Positions 32,542 through 41,673 of a stretch of DNA of 64,000 nucleotides are shown piece by piece (position 1 is the first letter of the stretch; each line of letters starts with the position of its first letter). Made by a program: the position numbers and the translations under genes. This stretch comes from Candidatus Amesbacteria bacterium GW2011_GWB1_47_19 (lineage in GTDB: Bacteria; Patescibacteriota; Microgenomatia; CAZETR01; Amesbacteraceae): positions 18,274 through 82,273 of the forward strand of contig LCNZ01000005.1 of the NCBI GenBank assembly GCA_001002325.1. Reading direction: 5' to 3'. The notes under the pieces are model-generated. The model was given only the letters and a program-made list of their open reading frames with translations, did no database searches and was not told the DNA's origin.

Positions 32542-32898
32542 GTGCCAGCAGAAAAAATGAAAATAATTAATAAGAAAATATCTTTGAAAGAATTGGAGAA
32601 GCTGGCGGCAGGGAAATTCGGAATGCTGGTAAAGGCGGTTGTGGATATTGAACATAAAATCATGGCTGTTGATGGCGAATTGCATTCCGACGAAGAAGGA
32701 TTTCTGATATCGCAAGGATCCAAACAATCAAATTTATGGGGTATAATTCTTTACCCTGAACTTAACGGCGAAGAGTTTGTGGAATTCGATTCCATGATAA
32801 ATATCAGACCTTCGGCGGGGAATAACTCGAGATCAGTTGAAGATCCGAAAGTTAGAAAAATAATTATCGATATAGTGAATGATTTGGTAGAAAAATGA
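32542..32898 (+). CDS. hypothetical protein
   Basis: 118 aa ORF. ATGA overlap with the next gene. Confidence 0.4.
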   Translation: MPAEKMKIINKKISLKELEKLAAGKFGMLVKAVVDIEHKIMAVDGELHSDEEGFLISQGSKQSNLWGIILYPELNGEEFVEFDSMINIRPSAGNNSRSVEDPKVRKIIIDIVNDLVEK

Positions 32899-33236
32899 AT
32901 ACCTGGCACAAGGGATTGACTTCGGAAAGATGGGGGGAAATGTCATTAGCCGAACAGATGGCTAACGTAGCCAGCGAGGTGGGCAGGACAATCAGCTGGA
33001 GGAATAAAGGAAATACGGAGTACAGCAGACTGGCGTTTGAGAGAGCTCTTGAACTATTAACATTGACGAAAACATCTTTTAAAAAGGAGGAATCTATATT
33101 AAAGGAAATAAGCCGGGTTTATGAAGCGTTGGCGGATTATTTCCTGGGAGAAAACAAATTTGGGTCAAGCGATGAATTGTGGGAGAAGTATTTTGCGCCT
33201 TTTGAATACCTGGCAGCCCGGGAACGATTAGAGTAA
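32895..33236 (+). CDS. hypothetical all-alpha protein (MazG/NTP-pyrophosphatase-like pattern, weak)
   Basis: 113 aa ORF. Helical LAEQMANVASEVGRTI segment. Weak call. Confidence 0.35.
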   Translation: MNTWHKGLTSERWGEMSLAEQMANVASEVGRTISWRNKGNTEYSRLAFERALELLTLTKTSFKKEESILKEISRVYEALADYFLGENKFGSSDELWEKYFAPFEYLAARERLE

Positions 33237-33251
33237 TATAAATATTGACTT

Positions 33252-34796
33252 ATGATATCGGCGGAATTAGAGAATTATCTGAAGAATTGCCGGGACAGCG
33301 GAGCCAAGTTTGACGAGGTGGAAAAAGCACTTTCTATACAAGGTTATTCTTCAAACCAGATATCTGAGGCAGGACAGTGGTACAACCCGGTCGTCCCCAA
33401 AACAAAAATCCGGAAACCGCTGGCGGTGGTACTGCTGATGCTGGCGATATTTTTGTTGGCGGGAACGGGGGCGGCTGCATATCTGGTAGCCGCGGAAAAA
33501 ATTAAAATAAACAACCCCGGACTGGTAGTGGGAATCCAGAAGGTGGTATACAGTATCCCCTTTGTCCCCAAAACGCCCAAGATGGTGATTTTGAAGGCAG
33601 TGGAAGCACATAAAAAGATTTCCCGGAATACCTGGGAACTATCAATCTCCGGAAGAGGAATGGGATCGGAATTGGGGGAAATTTTCGGATCCGACACCAC
33701 GGACCTGCTTATTTCCGGTTATTCGGACTTTTCCGATTCGGAAAACGTCAGGTTTAAAATATCAGCAAATCTGGGGAAAGAGGTGCAGGTCGAACTGCGG
33801 AAGAAAGACAAAATACTGTATGCAAATGTATCCAAGATGCCGTTGGCTATATATGCATTTATCGGATTGGAACCGGATAAAGTAAAGCTGATATTGGCCA
33901 ACTGGATAGCGATAGACGTTTCGGGACTGAATACGGAGGCCAGGAATTTATTGTCGGAAATTCCGGAAAGCAGCAGACAGTCACAGACGCAGGAAACGAC
34001 ACAGGAAATATTGGAGAAGTTGCTGAATGAAGAAGTCATTCCCCTGTCAAGCATGACAACCGATAAAAGCCAGGGATATGCGGTCTATAAAATTGTATTT
34101 AGGGCTTCACCGGAACAATTGGACAGAATTGAAGAGGCGGCGGGAACAGATCCGGGCAGGCTGAAATTTTCAGAATGGCTGAAGAACCCGGTGATTACTC
34201 TATTCATAGATAAGGAGAAGAATCTGGTAAGAAGGGCGGAAGCGACCTTCACTATAGATTACGACCAGCCGGAAACGTCGATTCCCCTAATAGGCAGCGG
34301 GGAGGAAAAGGCGGATGTGGCAGTGGTATTAAAATTGGACAATTTCGGGGAAGAGATGATCATTGATGTTCCGGATAAATCACTGACTCCCGATGAATTT
34401 TACCAGATGGTGATGGATGCGGAACCCGGGGGATTATTGACGATTAACCCCGATAGACAGTTAGCCCGGGTACGGGATGCCAAAAGAAGGGCGGATATTT
34501 CCGCCATACTATCCGCAACTTACCAGTTTACGGCCGATAACAGAGGGATATTACCGGTGACGATAGGGACGGAGGCGAAAAAGATATCCGAGTCCGGGGC
34601 GAATCTGTGTAAATACCTGGTACCGGAATACCTGGCTGCATTTCCCATTGATCCGAGACAGGGAGACGGTAAGAATTTTGTGAATTGCCCGAAAGGGTAT
34701 GATACCGGATACACGATTTTTAAGGATAAAAACGACAGGATTACAATTTTGGCACCCATGTCCGAAGGGAATGAAATAGTTACGGTTACCCGGTGA
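33252..34796 (+). CDS. membrane protein with cytosolic N-domain, one TM, large extracytoplasmic region ending in a pilin-like (GspG-like) globular domain
   Basis: C-terminal RVRDAKRRADISAILSATYQFTADNRGILP...DPRQGDG...GYDTGYTIF follows the pseudopilin head-domain pattern. Confidence 0.4.
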   Translation: MISAELENYLKNCRDSGAKFDEVEKALSIQGYSSNQISEAGQWYNPVVPKTKIRKPLAVVLLMLAIFLLAGTGAAAYLVAAEKIKINNPGLVVGIQKVVYSIPFVPKTPKMVILKAVEAHKKISRNTWELSISGRGMGSELGEIFGSDTTDLLISGYSDFSDSENVRFKISANLGKEVQVELRKKDKILYANVSKMPLAIYAFIGLEPDKVKLILANWIAIDVSGLNTEARNLLSEIPESSRQSQTQETTQEILEKLLNEEVIPLSSMTTDKSQGYAVYKIVFRASPEQLDRIEEAAGTDPGRLKFSEWLKNPVITLFIDKEKNLVRRAEATFTIDYDQPETSIPLIGSGEEKADVAVVLKLDNFGEEMIIDVPDKSLTPDEFYQMVMDAEPGGLLTINPDRQLARVRDAKRRADISAILSATYQFTADNRGILPVTIGTEAKKISESGANLCKYLVPEYLAAFPIDPRQGDGKNFVNCPKGYDTGYTIFKDKNDRITILAPMSEGNEIVTVTR

Positions 34797-34797
34797 T

Positions 34798-36498
34798 CTA
34801 CTTCCAAGCTTTTTGGAGATAGTCGCGGACGCAGCGGTGGGTATTGAAGTAAGACCCTAAAGAGATGGACTGCTTCATTTTGGCAATCCAGTCCTGACGG
34901 TGGTCATAGTACATGGGAATTATTTCGTGCTCCAATTTGCTATAGAGATCTTCGGCATCAGCGGCATCAGAGTCTGTCGGGTCAAGAGATCCTTCATCGG
35001 CACCAATGGACCAGCCGGAAGAAGGATTTTGACGCTTGGCCTCTATCCACCAGCCATCCAAAACGGAAAAATTTATGGTACCATTAAGCGCGGCTTTCAT
35101 ACCGGAAGTGCCGGAAGCTTCCAGGGGGCGGCGGGGGGTGTTGAGCCAGACGCTGGAGCCGGAAATGAGAATGCGGGCGATTTTAGGGGAGTAGTTTTCC
35201 AGATACGCAATCTTGATGACATCCCTGAAATTTTTTGAATGGTTGACGATTTCCCGGACTATCCCCTGGGAGATATCGTCATCGGCATGCGATTTGCCGC
35301 ACTGGATGATCTGCAGTTTACCGGAACCGATACGTACAAAACGTTCCAGATCACGGTACAAAAGGAGAGGGCGTTTGTAGGCAACCGGCCGACGGGCCAG
35401 GGAGACAGTCAGGGTGTCGGTGTCGAACAACTCACTTTTTAGGGGATGTTCTTTTTCGTTAAGAGAGGAGATGGAGGTGAGATGGCGATTGACGATGCGC
35501 ACCAGCTTGGTTTTAGCGTCAATGTGATGGTTCCAGAGATCGGCATCCGGTATTTTTTGGGGAGCCTGACTTAGAAGACCGGGGTCTTCCAGCCAACCGG
35601 GGAGATATTTGTCGAACAGATTTTGCATCGTGGGGGCGGTCCAATTGCGGTGATATACCCCATTGGTAACGAAATCGAATTTAAATCCAGGGAAAAGATG
35701 TTCGGATACCAGGCGATGCTTTTCGGAAACGGCAAAAGCCTTGCGTGAGAGGTTTAAAGCCAGGTGAGACATGGAGAGGCAGTCCTGCCCGGCAATTTTT
35801 TTGATGTGCCAGGGAAGATGGGGACCAGCGAAACGGTAAGCCAAACCGTAGTCGAATTTGTCGTGGCCCTCCGGGACGGGAGTGTGGGTGGTAAAAACAC
35901 AAAGTTTCCTGACCGCTTCGTCCTGCCAGTTATTTTCGGCCAGAAGTCCCAGGGTGAGAAATGAACTATGACCTTCATTGAGGTGAAATGTATTGACTTT
36001 GTCGTAACCCAGCGCCCGAAGCATTTTTAAGCCACCTAAACCTAGAACCAGTTCCTGACAAATCCGGGTTTCCGGTTTGGAGCTGTAGAGATTGACAGTA
36101 ATTTCCTTGGCCCAATCGGGGTTGCCCAGAAAATTGGTGTCCAGCATAAAAATCGGCACGATGAAACCGGAAGCACCGATAATGTCATAACGCCAACAGC
36201 CGATTTCAATTCGGGTGCTATCGAGTTCCAGGCTGACCCGAGTCGGCAATTTGACCAACTGATCCAGTTTCTGCCAATCGGAACGGTAGAACGATTGAGA
36301 ACCATCCAGGTTAATGATCTGGCTGAAAGTGTCTCCGGAATAGACCAGGGTAATTCCTACGGCGGGAATTTTGAGATCGGCACAGGAACGAAGCAGATCA
36401 CCGGCCAAGACCCCTAATCCGCCGGCGTAGGTAGGGATATCCGATTCCAACATCATTTCCAGGGAGAAATACGCAACTTTGAGGGCAGGCAAAGCCAT
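34798..36498 (-). CDS. glgP: Alpha-glucan (glycogen/maltodextrin) phosphorylase, GT35
   Basis: PLP-lysine site EASGTSGMKAALNG and overall GT35 core. 566 aa. Confidence 0.85.
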   Translation of the reverse strand: MALPALKVAYFSLEMMLESDIPTYAGGLGVLAGDLLRSCADLKIPAVGITLVYSGDTFSQIINLDGSQSFYRSDWQKLDQLVKLPTRVSLELDSTRIEIGCWRYDIIGASGFIVPIFMLDTNFLGNPDWAKEITVNLYSSKPETRICQELVLGLGGLKMLRALGYDKVNTFHLNEGHSSFLTLGLLAENNWQDEAVRKLCVFTTHTPVPEGHDKFDYGLAYRFAGPHLPWHIKKIAGQDCLSMSHLALNLSRKAFAVSEKHRLVSEHLFPGFKFDFVTNGVYHRNWTAPTMQNLFDKYLPGWLEDPGLLSQAPQKIPDADLWNHHIDAKTKLVRIVNRHLTSISSLNEKEHPLKSELFDTDTLTVSLARRPVAYKRPLLLYRDLERFVRIGSGKLQIIQCGKSHADDDISQGIVREIVNHSKNFRDVIKIAYLENYSPKIARILISGSSVWLNTPRRPLEASGTSGMKAALNGTINFSVLDGWWIEAKRQNPSSGWSIGADEGSLDPTDSDAADAEDLYSKLEHEIIPMYYDHRQDWIAKMKQSISLGSYFNTHRCVRDYLQKAWK

Positions 36499-36521
36499 AA
36501 ATTAATTGTATACTAAAGTCA

Positions 36522-36758
36522 ATGAAATTTTACGAACATTATAAAAGATCGCTGGTAAAGACGGTCACTTACAGGATACTGATTATCATCTCGACTTTGT
36601 TTGTGGTTTATGCGGTAACTCAAAAGACGTGGCCGACCTTGGAAATTACCGGAATTGCTAGTATATCCAGTACCCTGATATATTTTTTACATGAAAGAGT
36701 GTGGAGTGCAGTAAGGTGGGGGAAACAGAACCATGTCAAGGAAGGCCGCAGCCGGTAG
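36522..36758 (+). CDS. DUF2061-like small membrane protein
   Basis: KTVTYRILIIISTLFVVYAVT pattern. 78 aa. Confidence 0.45.
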   Translation: MKFYEHYKRSLVKTVTYRILIIISTLFVVYAVTQKTWPTLEITGIASISSTLIYFLHERVWSAVRWGKQNHVKEGRSR

Positions 36759-37101
36759 CTTCGGAAAGTTTTTTTATCCCCTGCTCCCCCACCAGTTTAG
36801 TGCCGTCATCTAAAATCCAGGTGGGATAACTTTCCACCCCTTTGTCCAGACATTTTTGCGGATCAGCCGGACATTCGAAGTAGGAAACATATTTGAAGGA
36901 ATCACCGAAAGCTTTTTTCTCCCGTTGGCAATGGGAACACCAGGCGGCACCGTACATAACGACATTTTTTGAAGTGAGGCATTTAGCAAAATCATCCAGG
37001 CCGGTGATAACCGGGGCAGTTGACCGGGTAGCAAGGACGATGCCTCCGCCCAGTAGAAGCAAGGAGGCGATTATGAATACAATTATTACCGATTTATTCA
37101 T
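36736..37101 (-). CDS. Secreted thioredoxin-fold thiol:disulfide oxidoreductase (CxxC)
   Basis: Signal/TM plus the WCSHCQ active site. Confidence 0.7.
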   Translation of the reverse strand: MNKSVIIVFIIASLLLLGGGIVLATRSTAPVITGLDDFAKCLTSKNVVMYGAAWCSHCQREKKAFGDSFKYVSYFECPADPQKCLDKGVESYPTWILDDGTKLVGEQGIKKLSEATGCGLP

Positions 37102-37598
37102 TCTTTACAGCAGTCGACCAACTTGTTAACGATTTCCTCATAAGACCAGGCGGAAGACTGAGGAATGGGTTTTTTTTGAACATTATTAAGATCTATCAAT
37201 TTAAGCCGGACTGCCCAGAAAAGGGAGAAGACTTTGTAGGCTTCATGAAACATTTCCTCAGACTCCTTTTTCCGGCCGTCGGTCTGGAGCTTTGTGGCTA
37301 CTTCCATAATGCGCATTGTGGAAGCCAGGAGATGCTTGGAGATACACCACGTCTCTCCTTGGTGTTTGTCAATCATTCGGGCCAGAAGAGATTTCCTGAT
37401 TTCACGGGTTTGGGCCAGTAGTTCGAGGTATGAATTATCATGGGTTTTCTGGGAAGTGAAGAAGAAATGCTCTTCAAGGCTGATCAGGTTCATGACTGCT
37501 AAACTTAAATCCTCTTCAAGAGACAGGTCAAAATCCTTACCGGCTTTGAGCAGGTTTACTTTGTCAATAAGTTTTTGGAAATCGGAATCGGCGGACAT
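37098..37598 (-). CDS. hypothetical cytosolic protein
   Basis: 166 aa ORF between ccdA and the thioredoxin gene. ATGA overlap. Confidence 0.4.
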   Translation of the reverse strand: MSADSDFQKLIDKVNLLKAGKDFDLSLEEDLSLAVMNLISLEEHFFFTSQKTHDNSYLELLAQTREIRKSLLARMIDKHQGETWCISKHLLASTMRIMEVATKLQTDGRKKESEEMFHEAYKVFSLFWAVRLKLIDLNNVQKKPIPQSSAWSYEEIVNKLVDCCKE

Positions 37599-37610
37599 GG
37601 TTTTTGTATA

Positions 37611-38279
37611 TTAAAGCAAAAAAATAATTAATGCCAGAATGATCATGGCCAGTGAGCTGAAAATATCCAGGCTACGGCTGCGGCTTTTGCGCCAGTTTTG
37701 GAACCTGGTCATGACCGGCTGACTGCCGGAAATAAGCAATATCAGGACCAAAGGTGAAATAAAAATGAGGTTGTAATAAATGAGATATAAGGCGCCTGTT
37801 ACAAACGTAGCGGAATCGTGGAGCAGAGTGAGAACGAACAAATATGGCCCTCCGGTGCAGGGGAACTCAAACAGACCGACCAAAACTCCCATAAAAAAAA
37901 CGGCAGGAATAGTTCCCCGCTGAAGAAGCCCAGCCAGACCCGGCTTGGCCGATTGAGGAATCTGCAGTTTGACGGGAAAGTCGGGAATTAACCGGTCCAG
38001 AAGACCCAGAACTCCGGTGCATATCAGGATTAGCGCGCCGAATTTGGTGATTGCCCGGGGAATGCCGAAAAATGACAATGCCTGCAATACCCCCAAACCG
38101 ATGAGGATATATGTGATAAATATACCCAGAATATAGGATCCGGCAATAACTAATACTTCACGGTGGGACTTTTCCAGGCTGATGAGAAAACCCAGGGTTA
38201 AAAGAAGAACGGAGATGGCGCAAGGGTTGATACTATCCAGGAGAGCTCCAGCGGTAATAACGGGCAACTGGTTAAGCAT
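37611..38279 (-). CDS. ccdA: Cytochrome c biogenesis / DsbD-family thiol:disulfide transporter CcdA
   Basis: Two conserved Cys in TM helices (DSINPCAIS and EFPCTGGPY). 6 TM. Confidence 0.8.
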   Translation of the reverse strand: MLNQLPVITAGALLDSINPCAISVLLLTLGFLISLEKSHREVLVIAGSYILGIFITYILIGLGVLQALSFFGIPRAITKFGALILICTGVLGLLDRLIPDFPVKLQIPQSAKPGLAGLLQRGTIPAVFFMGVLVGLFEFPCTGGPYLFVLTLLHDSATFVTGALYLIYYNLIFISPLVLILLISGSQPVMTRFQNWRKSRSRSLDIFSSLAMIILALIIFLL

Positions 38280-38308
38280 CGGAAAATTATATCATCCTCC
38301 CCGGCGAA

Positions 38309-39676
38309 TTATTTACGGGAGATGTTAAAAGAGTTTGGATAGAAAAGAAACACGGCAGGGGCTTCTTCAAGGAGAAACTTCTGGAAATCGGAATAAATAC
38401 CGAATCGGACTGCGTAATCCGAAGTTTTCCGGCCATCTTCCAAAAGTTTGTCTATCCGGGGATTTTTGAGGCGGGAGAGATTTGTAGTGTCCTGGGTTGA
38501 ATGCCAGAGATTGTACTGGTCCGGGTCTGAGGGGATGGCTTGAGCAATCAGTATAATCTGGTACTCCGAGGGTAGTTCGGTGGACACAATTATTTTGGTA
38601 TCCACGCCTATGGCAGACCAGTCTTTTTTGATGTCTTCGGCAATTTCCGAATATGCAGGAACCGTAGATAAGATAACTGATTCCGGAATCTTTTCAACCT
38701 TTTTGAGCAATTCTTTAGCCTTGGCGGGATCCAAATCGTATTTTTTTACCTCCGAATTAAAAGCCCAGGATTCGGGTGAAATCGGTCCCAGAGCCCGGTC
38801 CGACCAACGGGATTTGTCTATAGCATATGTCAGAGCCAGACGCAGGTTTTTACCGGAGGGACCGGATAGCTGGGGGTCCTGAGTGTTGAAAAAGATACCG
38901 ATATATCGATCTTTCTGAGTATGAGAATTGATTTCCAGGTTTGACCAGGATGAAAGATCATTAGGTTCTGTAAGGCCGACAATTTCATGAAGAATACCCA
39001 GCTTCAGAGCGAGCCGAGCCTGATCTCCCGAGGAATAGAAATGATAGATCAGCCCAGGCAGAGCGGAGTTACTGGGGACAGGGACGAGAGTTAGAATTGA
39101 GAGCAGACTGCCGTTTTTGCGATAAGATTTTATGCGGTATGTACCCAGGCCGGAAATCTGCGGGCGGTTAAAACGTGTCAAGAGGCCAGATGTTTTTAGC
39201 ACCGGCCGGGATACCACAGAAGGCAAAGGCGAAAACGGATCGGTAAGTTTTATGAGCAGATGATCTGAATCGGGATACTCGATTGAGGCATCGCGAAAGT
39301 TGTAGCGGATGTCTTGGCTCTTGACAGAGGAACCGTCATGCCAGACCAGGGAGCGGTCAATGGTAAAAATATATGTTTTTCCGCTGTCCGTTGCCTGCCA
39401 GGAGGAAGCAATTCCGGGTGAAGCGACACCGGTAGGATCTAAATTGGTGAGTCCGATGCTGACTTTTTGCATCAAAGATAGCGGCAGGTCGTTGAGAGTG
39501 TACCGGCCTATTATTCCGATGCGGCGGACATTCCCGATACGGTTACCCAAAATAAACAACCTCGGAGCGACAATTGCTGAAATAACCGCCAGTGTTAAAC
39601 CCAAAAGTATCGGTAACCAATGCTTGGCAGTCAGGGCGCGAATAAAGCGGAGGTAAAATCTCAGCTTTTTATACAT
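38309..39676 (-). CDS. ABC transporter substrate-binding protein, family 5 (peptide/nickel type)
   Basis: ASSWQATDSGKTYIFTIDRSLVWHDGSSVKSQDIRYNF matches the SBP_bac_5 N-lobe signature. N-terminal anchor. Confidence 0.65.
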   Translation of the reverse strand: MYKKLRFYLRFIRALTAKHWLPILLGLTLAVISAIVAPRLFILGNRIGNVRRIGIIGRYTLNDLPLSLMQKVSIGLTNLDPTGVASPGIASSWQATDSGKTYIFTIDRSLVWHDGSSVKSQDIRYNFRDASIEYPDSDHLLIKLTDPFSPLPSVVSRPVLKTSGLLTRFNRPQISGLGTYRIKSYRKNGSLLSILTLVPVPSNSALPGLIYHFYSSGDQARLALKLGILHEIVGLTEPNDLSSWSNLEINSHTQKDRYIGIFFNTQDPQLSGPSGKNLRLALTYAIDKSRWSDRALGPISPESWAFNSEVKKYDLDPAKAKELLKKVEKIPESVILSTVPAYSEIAEDIKKDWSAIGVDTKIIVSTELPSEYQIILIAQAIPSDPDQYNLWHSTQDTTNLSRLKNPRIDKLLEDGRKTSDYAVRFGIYSDFQKFLLEEAPAVFLFYPNSFNISRK

Positions 39677-39682
39677 GAAGTG

Positions 39683-39895
39683 TCAGATAAACAACTGACT
39701 GACAACCGAGACAATTACAAAAAGAACAGAAAGAACGATGGTGGAACGGAAAACCAGATTTTCCACTCCCCGTTTGGAATGATATGCCTGGCTGCCGAAA
39801 GCCCGGCCCAGTCCGGTACCTTTGGCTTGAATCAGAATCAAGCCCACTACGGCCAGGGAAAGAATTATCTGAAACAGAAGCAGGACATTTTTCAT
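39683..39895 (-). CDS. secG: Preprotein translocase subunit SecG
   Basis: 70 aa with LILIQAKGTGLGRAFGS motif between two TM helices. Confidence 0.7.
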   Translation of the reverse strand: MKNVLLLFQIILSLAVVGLILIQAKGTGLGRAFGSQAYHSKRGVENLVFRSTIVLSVLFVIVSVVSQLFI

Positions 39896-39922
39896 AGACG
39901 CTGATATTATACCCCAAACAGG

Positions 39923-40333
39923 TCAATCCTGGAGAAGCCAATAGAGAAAGTGAAAGGTCAGAGTCAGCACGAGAGTGGCCACGAGAAAGGCAGCAAACGG
40001 GGAAAAGCTAAGGGGAGGAATGATAACATACTGCAGGTTTAGTCCCGGGAATACGAAGGGCTGGATGCGGAGGTTGGGAACCAACCAGGTGACCAGATAC
40101 AAAGTTATAATGTTTGATATCCAGCGAAAAAGACCGAGGGTTACCAAATGGATAGGCAGCAGAAGCAGATTAACGACAGGGCGGACAAAAAGATTGACGG
40201 CGGCTATGGCCAGTGCGGCCAGCAACAGCGTCTGATAGCCTCCGACATACGTAATAACCGGAGATAAAATTTGGGCTGCCAGGAAAATACCGGCGAGGTT
40301 AATGGCAATTGATCTAAGTAAAAGTCTTAACAA
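39923..40333 (-). CDS. hypothetical 4-TM membrane protein (holin-like/DUF)
   Basis: Hydrophobic profile only. Confidence 0.35.
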   Translation of the reverse strand: MLRLLLRSIAINLAGIFLAAQILSPVITYVGGYQTLLLAALAIAAVNLFVRPVVNLLLLPIHLVTLGLFRWISNIITLYLVTWLVPNLRIQPFVFPGLNLQYVIIPPLSFSPFAAFLVATLVLTLTFHFLYWLLQD

Positions 40334-40365
40334 TAATTTTATTATTTACTTTTAGGAGAAAATTA

Positions 40366-41673
40366 TCAAATTTCAGACAGGAATTCCCGTTTGCGGTGGA
40401 GATGGTGGAGGCGGCGGGAAAAGCGATGGGCTTCGTCCCGCAGGCGAATTAAAAGCTGTAGACCCGGATGATAACGAGGCAGGTTAATTTCGGTAAAGCC
40501 GACGGGTGAAGGAATAATCAGGGTTTCGATGCGTTTAGCGAGGGCGAGGATAGGGATTAGGTTATAGGGGTTAGGGTCCAGATTTTTCAAAATACTTAAC
40601 TGGGGTTTGCCCCCATCCAGGACTATCAGGTCCGGGGCAGGCCAATCGGTCCGTTTGAGACGACGGTTAAGAATACCCAGAAGAGATGCCACATCATCGG
40701 CTGAATCGGGGGTACGAACAGTAAAATGGCGGTAATCCCGGTGAGAAATACGACCGTCTACAGCTACAGCCATGGCGGCAGTAGCTGACCCGCCTCTCAG
40801 ATGCGATACATCGTACATTTCAATCCGTTTCAAGGATTTGAGATAGGGTAAGCAGGGATTCAGAATTTGAATTAGGGAGGCCAGGGCTTCAGATCGCAGG
40901 TCATGAAGTAAATTGGGGTTTTGCAGATAAAGATCCGGTGAAGACGGAGGGTGCTGTAAATAGTTAAGGGCAGTCAGACGGTCACGCAACAGGGCAGCCG
41001 ATTCATAATTCTGATTTTTAGACGCTGTCGACATGGCTGTCTCCAGTTGCCGGTTAACAGAAATGAAATCACCTTTGAGCAGACGGCGCAAACGGGCTAT
41101 GTTTTTTCGGTAATCGAGAATTTGTGGCGGTGACAGGACATCTCCGGGACAAGGACGACAGAGACCTAAATGGGAGTACAGACAGGGACGTTTGACCGGC
41201 CGGGGTAAGCTGCAGAAAGGCGTAACGGTACGGAACCAGCGCAGGATCCGGGAAGGTAAACGGCGGTTGAGGAAGGGACCGGCAACGGCCAGGCGGGATT
41301 GGTGATTGATCAGGGGGCGGGGAAATTTTTCGCGGGTAAGATGTATATGGTACGGTGTTTTGTCATCTTTGGACACCGAGTTGAATCCGGGTTTGAGTTT
41401 TCGGATTAAACTGGATTCCAGGAGCAAAGCTTCGACTTCGGAAATGACCTCAATATATTCCAGGGAAATGATACGGCTAACAAGAAGCGAAGTTTTAGGA
41501 CCCAGGCGTACAGGAGATTGAAAATAGGATTTAACCCGGTTTTTAAGGTTTTTGGCTTTGCCGACGTAGAGGATTTTGCCTGCGGCGTCTTTGAAGAAAT
41601 AGACTCCAGGTGCGGTAGGCAATGAGCGCCACAAAGATGAGCGAGACGGCCGTAAAGATGATAAACGCGACAT
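40366..41673 (-). CDS. uvrC: Excinuclease ABC subunit C (short form)
   Basis: N-terminal GIY-YIG domain PGVYFFKDAAGKILYVGKAKNLKNRVKSYF and the UvrC endonuclease region. The 5' 131 nt overlap the upstream transglutaminase-like ORF, so the true start may be an internal TTG. Confidence 0.85.
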   Translation of the reverse strand: MSRLSSLRPSRSSLWRSLPTAPGVYFFKDAAGKILYVGKAKNLKNRVKSYFQSPVRLGPKTSLLVSRIISLEYIEVISEVEALLLESSLIRKLKPGFNSVSKDDKTPYHIHLTREKFPRPLINHQSRLAVAGPFLNRRLPSRILRWFRTVTPFCSLPRPVKRPCLYSHLGLCRPCPGDVLSPPQILDYRKNIARLRRLLKGDFISVNRQLETAMSTASKNQNYESAALLRDRLTALNYLQHPPSSPDLYLQNPNLLHDLRSEALASLIQILNPCLPYLKSLKRIEMYDVSHLRGGSATAAMAVAVDGRISHRDYRHFTVRTPDSADDVASLLGILNRRLKRTDWPAPDLIVLDGGKPQLSILKNLDPNPYNLIPILALAKRIETLIIPSPVGFTEINLPRYHPGLQLLIRLRDEAHRFSRRLHHLHRKREFLSEI

